Counted from the first letter of the stretch, positions 39,104 to 53,774 are shown. The stretch: 64,000 nt of DNA from Octopus sinensis (GCF_006345805.1 NC_042997.1:59520001-59584000), one strand, 5' to 3'. Notes: generated from the sequence alone by a model not told the origin. Program-made: numbers and translations.

Positions 39104-40520
39104 GAGGGTGAAATTAAAGTATTTGCTGCCGAAGAAAAGTGACAGTTTGAGAGTGCGAAAGCTGTCGCTTCTTGAAAAGTCTCTTCAAATTACTCAGTTA
39201 TTTTAAGAAAGCTAAATGTGTTATTTATAAACTAGAAATTATTTCAAATTGATAAGATTGTCTGGTCATGTTTTAACGAAAATTGTTTCTTTGAAGAAGT
39301 ATACAGTATTTCGATACGAACTCATGAATAACTTTCATTGTTTATGTGTACGAGTGTGTACACAACTTCACTCAATTTTATAAAACTGTACAACTTAAAA
39401 CAATTAAACAATTAAAACAACTTTCTTAATTTGCCAATGTTCCAAATTTTCCCGTGATTGTTATTGTCGCTGTTTGTTGATGAAGTTATAAAAAGAACAT
39501 ATTCAAATAAGCGAAAAGTTTAGTAGAGAGCAACTTTGCTATCAAGATTTAACTATCAAATAATAAATACCGTTAGTTACACGAGAAAGAAATGATCGAA
39601 AACTCATGTCTCGTCTTTTAGTGACATTCTTTATTCAGAGATTTCTGTTGGAACTCTGTTCGGAGTTTCACTTATCATAGAATGTTTCTTTTTACAAGAA
39701 ATTTTTTGTGGTACTTTTTTGTGCGTGCGTGAGTGTTTTAAGATTTTTATGCATACATTTATGTTTATATTTTCTTTCGCTTTTAATATCTATATTCCTG
39801 TCAAATTTTCCTTTCTCTCGGGTAATATATAAATATAACCTTAAAAAAACTCTTACAGTTTGAATATAAAAGGAAGGAGGAACTCGGTGATTTAGGAGAG
39901 AAAATAAGAGATTATGTTCCTTTTCTTCTTTTTGAAAAGAAAGAAAGAAAGAAAAACTTGTTGATGGTATGTACTCTTGTTTAGTTCGGAATAGAAATTG
40001 TTATATGATATAAGTTGGTATCGCCCTGATTGTAACTACTCGAACTAGCGAAAAAGAGAAGAAACGATAGCTTCTGTTCAAACCAAGCACTTCCTAATAA
40101 CCTACTCTAAATTGGGAACTGAGAGACTAAATAGAAAAGTTTTAAAACAGTACTTTTACTTTTTGATTTCTTTTTTGGCGTGGGTTTTTGAGGGGGCGCT
40201 ATACTAAAGCAAACAGCAGCAGCGAGTGTACGATTTCCCAGCAGCAGGCAGGCAATGCAAGGCCAGGTTGGCTAACTAAGCTAAGAGAGGATGAGGCAAC
40301 GTGATCTGGTAGTTTTTGACGGAATCAGCTGGGTTGGGAATCCATTTACTGAGAATACGGTGGTAAAGAAAGTGAGGGAAGAAGAAAGAAGACTGATGAC
40401 GAAAACAGGAAGAAAATAATAATAATATGTAACTATTAATGAATGAATCGTTTATCTGCAACACTATTCCGTTACGGAAAGGTTTACTGAGAGGAGGGTG
40501 GAAAGAAGACTAAGTTTTGT
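39104..40520. promoter_or_regulatory. Putative promoter/5' UTR region, CpG-retaining and largely TE-free
   Basis: Non-repetitive, CpG-containing, directly upstream of candidate exon 1. Confidence 0.35.
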
Positions 40521-40892
40521 TTCTCTTTTGCGAAAATAGATTCGAGCAGAAGATTGTGCGCACACACAGACACATGTGCACATAACTTACACAGTATATA
40601 AATAGATAAATTATTATACTTATATATATATATATATATCCTTCGAAACGTAGAGTAGATGAAACCTTAGCGACTGAAGAAGGGTTTTTTTTCTTTGTGT
40701 TAATTGTCCTGTACTCTATTTTTTGTTGTTTTTAAAAAATGTCCAGTTCCTTTGGTTTGTGTCTATGTTTTCGTTTCTCTTTGTGTTCGACGTCCCTTTG
40801 GTGTCCTGTACTCGTATATGCGTGTATATGTACATGTAGAGGTAGGTACGTACATATATGTTTATATATATGCATATGTTTTATTTCATTCA

Positions 40893-40940
<48 letters not shown>

Positions 40941-42299
40941 TCAGCATGGTCGCAGCTCTGAGCTGAAACAAGAAAAACGAAAAATATATATATATATATG
41001 TATACCTTCTTATTCCTGTCTTGGTTACAGTCATTGAACTGCGACCGTGCTAGGGCAATTCCAACAACATGTTTAGTTGATTATATCAGCCCCATTACTT
41101 ACTTCAGTCTGGTATTTATTTAATCGCATACTATTGCCGAACCGCTAAGTTACGGGACACACAGTGGCAGGACAGCATAAAATGCACTGGCTTTTAGATC
41201 GGTGTATAAACATAAACACCAACTTGCGAGCGCACAAAATCGCACATATATATACATACTCACATATGTATGTATGTATATATGTATGCATCTATACTTG
41301 CAAAACATGTGTTGAAAGTGCTACAGGTAACATGTAACCCTGTACAATCTGTTACATAGTCAGGTCATCGACGACTAAACCGGCGCCCAACTAGGATAGC
41401 CTGCTGAGGGGGATTGTTAGAAAAATGGTAGCATAAAATAAGTGTTGTCAAAAGTACGGATGAACTCAGCATAGGGTCAACGGCTATCTAGTAATAGTGC
41501 TGGGCGCATAGAAATACTCGAGGTGGCGAACGTACGCTAACCGTGGTGAAGCCAGAATTTTTTCTTGTCTTTTTTTTTACCTACAACCATTGTTATGATT
41601 CATTGGTCTGAGCCAAGTAAAACCGTTCTGTTGTTCTGTCACTTCGTCGGTTACGACGACGAAGGTTCCAGTTGATCCGATCAACGGAACAGCCTGCTCT
41701 TGAGATTGACGTACTAATGGCTGGTAATACCCTTGACATAATTCTCAGGGAGAATCATTTTTGCCAGCTGAGTGGACTGGAGAAACGTGAAAGAAAGTGT
41801 CAGGCTCAAGGACACTTCACGCCGCCAGGAATCGAACACACGAGCTTACGATCGTGAGCCGAATACCTTATATCTTCCTTTAACTGCGAGTATCTTAGTA
41901 ATTTAGCAGTTCAGCAGTTCTTAGAGCTTATCCATGAACATATACTGCTTTGAAGCCCACTGATGTTGGGCATACTCATAATTGGGTTACGGAAAACGTG
42001 CGCAGCACGTTTTGAGCGATGATACCATTGTAGGTGGTACTTCGTGCATGAGTTGAACTCCTTATCCTATTCGCCGGTGCATATGCCGTCGAACCGCACA
42101 ACTCGACGTGCGTTAGTGTATTGTTTTATACGTTAGCTGCTCGCACAATGTGATGGACGTCTGTTGCTGCAGCATCTCGCTTGCTCCTCACGGTCGCGTA
42201 TCCATCTCACGAAATTTCGCTAATTCGCAGCTTTTCTCTGTGTGTGCGCACAATCTTCTGCTCGAATCTATTTTCGCAAAATAGAGGCACAATGAAATT

Positions 42300-43380
42300 A
42301 TATCTCTACTTTTTTAGTGTCCATTGTTGACCACTGACCACAGCTAATGTATAACTTTGGCAAACTTTCGTGTTGGTAGAAAGATGATGTTTTTCCTCTC
42401 GCCTCTAAATATGAGACACTTTGAGGTATAGACTCAACTTATCAGCGGGTGCATCATTTGAGAAAACCAAAGTTTGCCTGAAATCACCAAGAGGCAAAAC
42501 TATGAGACCACTCACGATGTTAGTGTTACTTAACCTGAAATACAGCTCCGTGAGACATTGTACACTCATCTCATACTGTAAAATTGAGCTGCTTCAGAAC
42601 CTTTGCTGTCTTGACCCTTTGTCAATGTCGCATATAGAGCTTTTTATTGTGTGAAAGATTGAATAGCATATAAGCAAAATGAACAGTTCTGCCACCTATG
42701 AGCAAAGATATACCAATTCCAGAGGAAGATACTGCAATAGCAATTTACCCGAGAGAACAAACATTTTACCAACATTAGGTTGATCAAAAAAGATTTGTCT
42801 GTTCCAGGGGAAACATCAAGGAAAACAATTCCTTTCGAGTCAAGTGTCACCGATCGTTTGATCCTTGTAGGAGATTTTTTTTCTGGAAGCAAGAGTGATT
42901 CGTTTCTGTGGACATACAGCACCGATTGTTAAATGTTATAGCTAGTTGCCTGAAAATTGTTTTGACAGTGAGTTGCAGCTGAGGTTCGTACTGAAGCTAG
43001 CAGTCCACGCTGTTCAACTGTTCAAGATTCTTGCTCACGATAAGCCATACAATATTTTCAATGTGGATCACTGCTTGAATGTGCATGGCAGAGGTAAACT
43101 CTAGATGTTCTAGCTGTGTTTTGTTCTTTTTTGTGCTTGTTGTGCTTCATATAGTATGTCTTCTGTCATGCTAGTAATTACACCAAAGTTGCTGAGGATT
43201 GGATGGTGAATAGGCAGAGAAAAATGATAGCAACATGCCTCTTTCACACTACTGTTCATGTCTGCATCATCCATCCATGTTTCAAGAAGCATTTTCTCTA
43301 GCAGGCTTTGCAGCACATTGCATAGATATATGACACAACTGCTTTGAGAGGTCTTGGAATGAGGTTAGACCATAAATAAT
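42300..43380 (-). mobile_element. Helitron Rep/PIF1 remnant
   Basis: GIVFLDVSPGTDKSFLINLML (FLDAPGGTGKTFL Walker A) followed by frameshifted IAIAVSSSGI..LLIGGRTVH. Confidence 0.8.
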
Positions 43381-44479
43381 GCGCAGGAGCTGCCTAAGAT
43401 ATTTAAACAGGTTGTTAAAATCCCTCATTTAAAAATCATATCTATGAAATTTAGTGCCAGTTTTAAGTACAATAGAAATTACAAATTTTCGTTCATGTTT
43501 CGGATTTAAATTGGTATATATTGATTTTAAACCACATTGACAAAAATAACTATTGTTTTATATTTTTACATTCTTAAGGTACATTCTCAGGTAAAAGTCA
43601 CACAGCATTCTGATTTATACTATTATACTGGCGTTAGTCAAAAATTTCGCAGTCTCAAGCAGTCGTCTTATAAACAAATACGAGGTTGCCTCGATGTCTC
43701 CGTGACAGGATAGTCATCCAACACAGTTTCGATCGATAACTAAATCTAGGGGAGCGTTTGTTAGTTGACATCATCCGCAGACGGTTTAAGAAATTAAACC
43801 CATTAAATTTCTACTGGACTATTTATTATTGCTGCCGGGAGCTAGTAAAGGGAACTATTTTTTCCAGAGAAGTATGATTGGTACGTTCAAAAATAGTAAT
43901 ATAATACTAACTTGAAAAAGAAGAGTTAAAGGAATGTATTTGCTGCGTGCTTACAGTTGTACGACCACTCTGAATAAAGACATGAAGAGTTTGACTTCAG
44001 TTCACAAATACTGCTTTGAATCTTTCGCAGTTCGCAGTGAAAATATGTCGCGTTCGAAATATAATGGATGGATAAATAAGCATCCTTAAAGTGAAACAAC
44101 GCATTGGTAGGTAAACAAAGGTCTCAAGAAATAGAAGAGAGGGAAGGGACCACCGCCTTTTAAGTAACTCAGAATAGGTAAGTTTGCCAAAGTTTAATGC
44201 AGTTAAAATATAGAGATTAAGATTATTTGGATGTTCATCACGTACAATGTTCGTAGTCAATTTAATCACCATCGAAATAAATAGGCAAAATCCTTTCACT
44301 TTTATAATATTCTCCAACCAAGTAATAATACACAATTACAATATATAAATAAATAATAAATTTTAAAAATGTGAAAAGCACTAAAAAATATTCTCTAATG
44401 TACGACCTTAGAGATTAAAAAAGTATGGAAGACCCTACATACAAAAACTATGTACATACAAGGAATCAGAGAAAAATCC

Positions 44480-44772
44480 GTGTAAACCACCGTTTTCCCC
44501 GGTTTGTCCATTTACGCGGGAGCTCTGAGCAAAATGTTATAGTGCATGACCATCCTTGGGACATCAGTAATGTGTGTGTAAATTTGGTAAAAATCGGTTG
44601 AGAATTGTGGAAATGTAGGCGTTAGTCAATATACACACACATATACTGTGATTTATATATATACTAGATAAGTAATGTGTGTGTAAAGTTTGGTGAAAAT
44701 CTATTGAGAATTCTGGAAATATATGTGTTAGTTAATATACACACACATACTGTAATTTATATATACTAGATA
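44480..44772 (+). mobile_element. Helentron/DINE-like non-autonomous end, tandemly duplicated (~105-bp unit)
   Basis: AAATTTGGT.AAAATC..TTGAGA...(CA)n...ATTTATATATATACTAGAT twice; related end at ~59330-59446. Confidence 0.55.
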
Positions 44773-45399
44773 TGTGAACAACTGCTATGTATTCTGCGCC
44801 TAGATGAATAACTAATTTTAGTTCAAAAGTGGTTAGCGACTTGAATCAGAAAAGGACATCAATAAAGAAAAAAAAATTTTTTAATTAACAATGGTGACAA
44901 ATTTATTGCCAGCTAATCGTTAACCAAAATTCTTGCTGAGTCACCTTCTTAAATTTGTTCCCATCAACTTTCTCAGAAGTCGTGTGGGATTAACCCATCG
45001 CTCTTTATACTCGTATTAACTCATTTGTTAATTCCACTTTTGTTTTCCGTCATTGCAGAAATCCCGGAGCTTTCCAATGTTTCTATATCTTATCTGTGAT
45101 GTGTCAATTTTTGTATGACTTTTGGGGATGAAAACCCCAATCGTTCTCCTCATTGTGTGTTCTATATTTACCGGACACCAAACCCAAACTGTGTACACTA
45201 AAACGGTTTTATTGTCAACATATCAAATGTGCAGAGTGCAACATGCAAATACATTCCGGTTACAAAGAAAACACCTTATGATAGTTCATACCGGTCAGAC
45301 TGGTTCTTACGTCGGTACCCGAAAAATCGCAACCGACACTGAGTACTTTTTCTTTTATTTTTATCATTGAGTGATAATGATAAAATTGATATATCCGTG

Positions 45400-46225
45400 A
45401 CTTTCACAGCTTCCTTGTTTACAGTCACAATAAAGATATTCAAAACGGAAAAAAAAAACCCCTCTCGAGTCTGAATTTTCCAAACCTGAAAATATCTCAA
45501 GTGACGAAAGATGTGGATGAAAGGAATGTGCCTCATGAATAAATGTTGGTTCCGCATATTTCATAGGAAAACATCGTTTGAAACCAGACCGAATCAGTTA
45601 ACTTTAATAATATGAATCAAAGAAATTTGGTAAGAGGTCTTGTTTGGGAAATTTCAAGTGTGATGGTTTTAATTATCCTTGACTTATGATATTCACGAAT
45701 GGCATTCACAAACGGCAAAGTTCATGTAACCTTTGTAAAAGCATACACAGTAACATTTTTACTTTTGAAAACAAGGGGAAAAAAACAAACCGGCCCACAA
45801 AGTATTTAGTGAAGTGGACAGATAATCGAGCAACGTAGAATACAAATAGTGGGTGCTAGGTTAACTATATACTGCAAATAAGTAGCGAGTAGAGAGTTTT
45901 TGAGAATACTTGAAAATCATTGTTGAAATTCTGATGTTCTTTGCCTTTAAAAAAGCCCGGCTCAACGAGGCCATGTAGAGGAGCATGGTAACTCAGGCGG
46001 AGTTTCCGCTATTAATATAGAACTCCTTGGAACTTTTATAATACCGGCCGAATGATATTTCTTGGTTAGGTGAAAAACTGAAAAGTCACAAATGTAGTTG
46101 ACTTCAACTTATTGTCCAAAACGAAATACTTGATATCATGGTTGAAGTTGTTTTAGGCAACATATTAAATGATGAGAAAAATTGTTCAGGATATTCCGTT
46201 ATTGCCGATGAAACGTCAGGCCTTA
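45400..46225 (+). mobile_element. hAT (ZMYM1-like/DUF4371) transposase remnant
   Basis: EYLKIIVEILMF, RGH, VQNEILDIM...GYSVIADETS. Confidence 0.75.
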
Positions 46226-46269
46226 AACATTGCATATTGTGTGACTTATTTTATTAGAAATTGGATATT

Positions 46270-46300
<31 letters not shown>

Positions 46301-46473
46301 AGAATATTGGATTAATCATTCCCGAGAATTCAAGTTTATTTGTAATCTTGAGATAAATATTTCAAAGAAATAACAGTAAAGAGTAAAAGAATATTTACAC
46401 AAGGCTAAGTGGGTAAATTAGCATTAATATATTGTGCTATTTAGTTTCGTAGTTATAGGCTAACTTGCATAAA

Positions 46474-46510
<37 letters not shown>

Positions 46511-46550
46511 TTGTGTGTGTGTTTGTGCATTTGAAGAGAAGGAGAGATTA

Positions 46551-47065
46551 ACGTAAATCTTCAAGTATAGTCCGCCCTTGAATATAATACGCAGGGGATT
46601 TTTAGGGGCCTGTACCTCTGAAAAACCTAAACCTCGTGTATAATACGCACCCCTTCTATAAGTTGAGTCAAGGAGGTCTATATAACGTTCTTGGTTTGTA
46701 AAAATGTATACGGTAATGTCCTTTATTATTATTGTATATATATAACATAATGCAAACGGGTAGTTTTTTTGCGCATTTTGTTTGCAGAAAATAAAGAAGT
46801 AACAGTAATAACGCTTAATAAATGTTGCTAACTGCAAGTTATGGCTGATTCTTTTATGACTTCATTGCTTTCAGGCTTAGCTTAAAGTATTTTCACGCCC
46901 GACATCACAAAATGCGTCTGAATAAACACTGCCGGACAGCAAATAGAGACTCGGTATTGCCTAGAAAATATTTTTCATATTTAACCTCGTATATAGCACG
47001 CACTAGGGATTTTGACCTTTAAATTTTGGGAAAAAAATGAGGATTATACTCGAGGATTTACGGTA
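46551..47065. mobile_element. pogo/Tigger-like MITE
   Basis: TIRs CGTAAATCTTCAAGTATAGTCC / GGATTATACTCGAGGATTTACGG. Confidence 0.75.
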
Positions 47066-47437
47066 TGTACGTACATAAGCAGATGGGGTGGTTAGTAACA
47101 TACACAAGCATACTGGCATATAGGCGTGAACCATAAGCTCACGTTGTCATCCCAGTTTGATCCTACCTGACTGAACTTCCTCCTCTCTTTGACCCTCATC
47201 TTTCCTATCTCTTTCTCGAACCATTGGTACATTTTCGTAAGCAATTTACCATCACCCGAATTACCACTGGAACTTTACGTTTCTCGAACTCTACCATTAT
47301 AGATTTTACTGTACACTATTGTTAATTTGTATCATACCAATCTACCACGACTTCTCGAATTTTTTGAACTTTTTGAATTTTTGACACGTTTATTTCTCCT
47401 GTTTTTCTTTTCTCTCTCCGTTTTCTTCTCCCATTCA

Positions 47438-47471
47438 TTTCTATTGAAGAGCACAGGCTCGAAACGTCAAA
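47438..47471 (+). ncRNA. Penelope-type minimal hammerhead remnant
   Basis: TTT-CTATTGA-A-GAGC acag GCTC-GAAACGTC-AAA; within pyrimidine-rich pLTR-like ~47130-47575. Confidence 0.55.
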
Positions 47472-47660
47472 GAATTTTCCATTTCTCCTGAGCGTCAAAC
47501 TAATACACCTTATTTGTTGTTCCTTCACCTGTCTCTGTCTTCTGTTTTTGTTGGTTTTTTTTGTACATTAAACCGTATAAATACACACACACATACCTAT
47601 GCACACAGACACAGACAGACAGACAAACACACACACGCGCACGCACGAACACACACGCAC

Positions 47661-47734
<74 letters not shown>

Positions 47735-48201
47735 GGAGGTGTTTAGCTGAAGATTCGAAACTGAATCCTCACACTTGTTGCTTGTTAGACGAATATCTGA
47801 TCCATTGTATTTTATCTCTTTGTTGGGAGATTAATGAGAAACACCTGACCTCCAAGGATCTTAGTTGGTCATGGAAAGATCAGTCCATTGTTTTAAGCTT
47901 GACCTATTTCCTGGCCATACCTTACATAACTGAGAGCACCTCTCTCTCTTCCTCTTCGGTTTTGAACCGGCTTAGTGAGAGCATATTTCTCTCTTCGTTT
48001 CAACCATCAACCGAAAACACAGCATCGACTGAATTAAAAGGGACAATGCAATTCTTGCCCTATTTTCCTTGGTTTCCATACACACGACTAGCAAGCGACC
48101 AATACACATTGTACCATTGTCACTTTAAAATAATTACTAATGCCTGTGTTGCTAACCATTGCCGGCAAATAAATCTGTGAAGATTATTATTTTCTCTTCC
48201 A

Positions 48202-48623
48202 TGTTGTTATTACGTACGCCTTTTCATCCCTCTTTCAACTATCTACATATAGCGATCAACTATCTACATATAACAAAGGAACAATAAATCGTTATTTCTA
48301 CGTCAAGTAACTCTTCATCTTTACGATCGATTGGTAACTCCGACGTGAGAACCTTACATTCGTACATTACATATGGTAACCCTGTCCATTACATTTGGTA
48401 ACCCCAATGTAGATACATATCGGAGCGTTACATTTGGTGACTACTCACATTGGTCTGTTACATACATTCGCTGCATAAATCGCTGCATATGAATATGCAA
48501 CAATATGCAGTTGGTGCGATCGAAACACGTGTCGGACTGTTATTATGAATAACTGGAAATAAGCATATCAAGTTTGAATGTTCAAATTCTTCATTCTCCT
48601 TACCATCAATATTGTACTTCACA
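48202..48623 (+). mobile_element. Probable solo LTR with internal tRNA-Trp PBS-like repeats
   Basis: TG...CA ends; TGGTAACTCCGACGTGA at 48332-48348 resembles TGGTGACCCCGACGTGA; no clear TSD. Confidence 0.45.
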
Positions 48624-48749
48624 AGAAATAAACTGAAACATCGGATGGGCGCTAAAAGAAGATTAACAAAAACGCACTATCACAAGGAACCAGCTTTGAC
48701 TTTTTACTCAGAGAAATTCGGTATCTGCCTGGATATTATATCCCTCCTC

Positions 48750-49030
48750 TTAGTCTGATCAATAAGTATCCGGACTGTTGCCATAGCAATGAAGCTAAAG
48801 CACGTAGAGTAAAGCCGCTAGGCACATATTGATCTTGAACCCTGATGTGCATGCGCATTAATTTTTAGCATTCTAGCTCACTTCCGCTGTGCTTGAAAGG
48901 AAGGTATGTGACGCGTGATGGTCGCATTGACCATGACAGAGAAAGTTAAGCAGAGAACCTGCATCACATTTTGTTAAAAGCTTAGCGATACCTGCCCAGA
49001 GGCTTACGCAACGTTTTCAAAAAGTTTTCA
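48750..49030 (+). mobile_element. Mariner 5' fragment
   Basis: TIR-like GTCTGATCAATAAGTATCCGGAC; MTEKVKQRTCITFC*KLSDTCPEAY. Confidence 0.7.
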
Positions 49031-49044
49031 TCGTTCACGATACG

Positions 49045-49283
49045 ATCAAGGAGATCTTGTGCTACTGAAACCCGGCGCAGGTGAGCTGCAAGATGCAGGA
49101 GGAAAGAGTGAGAGAAAGTTGTGGCGAAAGAGTCAGTAGAAGTTCGCAATTACCTTCTGCCAGAGACACGTGGAGTTTAGGTGTTTCGCTCATAAACACA
49201 CACACATCACCCGGTCTGAGATTCGAACCCGCGATCCCTCGACCGCGAGTCCGCTGCTCTAAGCACTAGGCCTTGTGCCTCCA
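49045..49283 (-). mobile_element. tRNA-derived SINE
   Basis: Head GGCCTAGTGCTTAGAGC...GGTTCGAATC with A and B boxes, non-tRNA body. Confidence 0.75.
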
Positions 49284-49331
49284 CCCCACTGATGTTACGT
49301 ATCTTCTTTCCAGAACGTATCATGTACATAC

Positions 49332-49410
<79 letters not shown>

Positions 49411-50082
49411 AAATGAGAAAATGGAGAAATATATGTAAATCAATCATCAACCATCAGATAATACCCAATCAATACTTTATTAAACCATTACACAATAGCA
49501 ATGATATTATACATTAATATAGTACAAATATAACAAGACATAGAAATAGAAATAGAAAATACATTTACATTGTAGCTGACAGCTGTTTCGGCCGTGAAGA
49601 CAGGTATGTCCCATTTAACCTATTAGCCATATAAATCATTCAGAGAATTTAATGCAAATATGTATGTGTGTGTGTATCTAAGAGAAATTATAGAAGGAAC
49701 ACATCTAGGCAATCAATACAAATTTATGCATTTAATGTAGCCCTGAAACGGCCGTAGATGATATCCTTTAACCTTGAGTTTGTATATTTATCTTATGTAA
49801 TAATATTTACCAAATTTATTCACCTCTGCATTTTTAAATTTTGAGCTCTCATCCGATAACTCATATAAACATCAAATTCTTAATCGATTGAAACATTTCC
49901 TTTTTGAAGCCCTTACCTTGGATTTCTATCTCTATATTTGTCACTTCTCCATTTGGTATGTGAATCCAATGTCTATGATGCATAGTTTTCACGTATAACT
50001 TTTACATGCAATTTTATTCATTTATTTATAAAAATTTATATGTATATTTATTTCGTTGTGTGCTTTAAATTATGCTTTAGAG

Positions 50083-50261
50083 CAGTGGTTTTCAACCAGG
50101 GTTCCGCAAGAAGTTACAAAACTGCTAAAATCGGCAGTAATTTTTAAGTCTCCTGTGCAGATATGTGTGCATAAGACTATTAAATTATTGCACAGGGGTT
50201 CCTCGAGCCAGTGGAATGTTTCCTTGGGGTTCCGCTTCAGCAAAAAGTTTGAAAAGCACTG
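50083..50261. mobile_element. hAT (Charlie-like) MITE
   Basis: TIRs CAGTGGTTTTCAA / TTGAAAAGCACTG; perfect 8-bp TSD CTTTAGAG. Confidence 0.9.
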
Positions 50262-50405
50262 CTTTAGAGTTTGTACTGATTGCTTAGATGTGTTCCTTCT
50301 ATAATTTCTCTTATCCTTCGATTTGGCCCGCAATGAGCACTTCTTAATACAGCCCATATATTGTGAAGTATACTTAAAAATATACTTTATAAGAAAATTT
50401 AATTT

Positions 50406-50437
<32 letters not shown>

Positions 50438-51056
50438 TATATAGACATACACACACACATATATTTATGTATGTTCTGTGTGTATATATGTATATATATT
50501 CATACGTATTACATACGCTATGCACACACAACTTACATGTATGTGCGAGTGCGTGAGCTTGATTTTGGATGAATAAATAACCAGCCAAGTACTAGGTTAG
50601 ATTCTCCCTCTCTCCTTCTCTCAGTCTTTGCCTCTCTGTCTGTCTCTCTCTCTTTCTCTCTCAAAGTGCCGAGAGCTGCGGGTCTCGTTTATAGCGTGTC
50701 TCTCAACAGAAATTAAAGAGCTTGAAAAAAAGGATCTCGAAACCTCTTCTCATAGAAGCTGATATACTACTGGAGTTGTCTATACTGATTGATGCGCAGT
50801 ACAGTATGGAACAGAAGTAAAGAAATGATATGCAAATTGTGTGTGTGTGTCTCCCCTTTTAGGCGTAACTAGGAATATAATTATTCAACATGTCCCTTCC
50901 CTTTTGATGACGATAGGAAGCGATTTGAATTGAGATTGATTACCTTTTGCTGCAGGTCGAACTACCACAGAGAGGTCTACATGTTGTGAAATGAGATATA
51001 GGTTTCGTGAAAAATTGTGTGGAGGATGTAATAGATATCTTTGACTGTCATCCACA

Positions 51057-53162
51057 CAGAGCTGGGCGTAAGACCGTTAATCTGTTAATCGTTAATTAAC
51101 GAAGTTAACGGTTTCGTTAACGATTTAACTTTTAAGTTAACTTTGAAAATCATTATCGGACTAATTAACTTCCGCTACATTTAGCTTTCGTTTATTCGAG
51201 TCCCAAAAATTTCATTAAAAGCGGTAAACGTTTAAAAGTTTCTATTGTTTTCAGATTGTCTTAGAATATTTAACATGGTACGCGTCTTTCTTTCAACCCC
51301 GCTTATAACGCCACTTATCGTGAATAATTTGTAGGACCTCATTTGGCCCTGCTGGGATTCGAAACCAAATCCACCTGCTTGTTGCTTGCAAAGATAGTGG
51401 GAAATTTCTTTGTTCTGTCAAGAACGAACAGTGATTGATGTGTTTCCACTTGATCCGTGATCTCGCTGAGGTGGATGTCAACAGAGAAAATATTGACGTC
51501 CATAAAATGGAAAATATAAATGGAAGGAAAAAAGTTGGTAAATATTTCGCTGTGAACGCAAATAGTTCGGTGTGAACGCAAATAGCTGTTACGTGATAGC
51601 AGGGCTTGCAAGAAACAGCAGCCAAATCTTCCTTTTCTGGAAAATAGAGCCGTTTACGCGTGATTTCGATGTCACACTCGTTGAAAGCATTAAAAATAAA
51701 CCTGGAAAAGATAAAAGACCCGCGAAACAAAACTCACTCTGTGGGAAACTTCGAGGTCCCCACCACCCCTCCCACTTTTCTTTTCCGGAAAATAGTGGAT
51801 TACGGCGGGTTTGAAGGTCAGATACGTTGAAAGCATCTGAAAAAACTATGGGGAAAAATTATTCCACACCGAGGACGAAATATTTACCAAAAGAATAAAA
51901 TCTTGTACCGATTATACCTGTATTTTAATTAATTCAAATTAATGTACCTTATCTTGAAAAGTGACAAAATGTTTGTCGGTTGCCATCTGGAATAATTTTA
52001 GTAACAAATCAAACAGGTAAGCTGCATTAAGAATTTCAATTTTAGTGTTTATCCATAATGTTATTGCTTTCACACTCTATTAATTAAATTTACCGGCCCA
52101 TAAAAGTCAAATTTACTCAGTAAGATCAGCTAAAATTACATAACTATAAACCAGTGGTGTATAAAGCACCCACTGACAAACTTTCAAATCTGTATGTAAA
52201 AAATTTACAAAGTTACAAGCAAATATTGCGAACACCCTTTTTGAACCTGAATAATTCGAAATAACGTGAGCAAATAAGCATTACATTTGACCGATTTAGG
52301 TAAATTTTTTTTTACAAACACACGGTTGGGACTACACGTGTGTTACTTTGACATTATCATTCCATAAAATTTGTTTATGAGAAGAAAAATATTGAAAAAT
52401 ATCAATAGATGTGTGGGTGAGAAAGAAACGAGGAGGGAGGTTTTGGGATGTGCTAGAAACAACAGCCAGCTCTCCCTTAAATCACACATTTTCCTCTGAA
52501 ACTATTTTACAATTTTTTTAAAACCGAAAATGTTTCTCACACGGGTTTTAAGTTCGTAAAGAAAATATCCAATATCGTTTCGGACTGGGGTGGCGGGAGT
52601 GAAAAAAATTAAATTTCCAGAATTTTTTTTTTTCTTTATTTTTCGTGAAAAGATGCTGCCCATCATTCTGACGACTTTAGAAAAAATCCCTATCAAAACG
52701 GAGAAATTCCAACATATGTGGGCCGTCTGATCCGAAACTCCATTTTCCAGAAATTCTTCTCCCCGTTCTTTCCAAAATTTTGCCTCCAAATTTCTTTATA
52801 ATCGCCGTTTGAAAGGTATTTGTATAAAATTTCATCAAAAAATACCTATTTTCTAGAAAGTTATGAGACGGAAAATGTCGGTCCTGTGAATTTTCAGAAA
52901 CTCCTCTTCCCAACCCCTCGGGAATTTTTTCAAACAAATATTTCCATACATTAACTCTACAAGATATAAGCGATTATTTGGTGAAAGTTTCGTTAAAAAG
53001 TATCCATTTTTCGGGAAGTCATATGGCAACTAAGTCGATGGGGTATTAAACTGTAGTTATGCCTTTTTTCAATATAAGTTAACGTTAACTTCCATATTTT
53101 CAAAGAATTAACGGTTTAACGATTAACGAACTTAACTTCTCGATTAACGGCACCCACTTCTG
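51057..53162. mobile_element. Non-autonomous hAT-like element (~2.1 kb) with GTTAAC subterminal repeats
   Basis: Ends CAGAGCTGGG / CCCACTTCTG; clusters of (C)GTTAA(C) at both ends; TSD degenerate. Confidence 0.6.
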
Positions 53163-53182
53163 TACACACACACACACAGATG

Positions 53183-53223
<41 letters not shown>

Positions 53224-53491
53224 GGCAGGTGTGGCCGTGTGGTAAGAAGCTGAGTGGCCTTCGCAGGTGGCTGCGGAGGTCATATGGGATAATGATCTGT
53301 GCAGGATAATGAATTCCTTCCCAGCGGACACCTTTAGATATATGGCCAAGTGGTCCGGCTTGGAACCGACTAGATGCTTCAATGAAGCGAGGAGCCTGGT
53401 CGGATAGAAAAGTTGAAGTGTTGGACATTTGTGTAAGAGGTGTATTACCTCAAAAAGAGTCTGCAAAATGTAAAAAGTTTGAGGATTATTG

Positions 53492-53561
<70 letters not shown>

Positions 53562-53774
53562 TTTAATTCTGAACTATGTAAGAGGTTTATCGTCTCATTG
53601 TGCTTAAAAAGAAAAAAAAAAAGAACATTGTTTTAGAGAAGCGAATGTCGGCGGGCGCTTTTCGTCTTCTCCCATCCTTATCATCCTTGTATCATTATCA
53701 TTCATCTCATTAATGTCTGTGTCCAGCCCGCAAGCTTCTCTCTGTGTGCTGCCCTTGTAACAAATTTAATAAAA

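Noticed and set aside
49205-49283. tRNA gene
   Set aside because: A/B boxes present, but it continues into a SINE body and lacks a clean acceptor stem; same for other SINE heads
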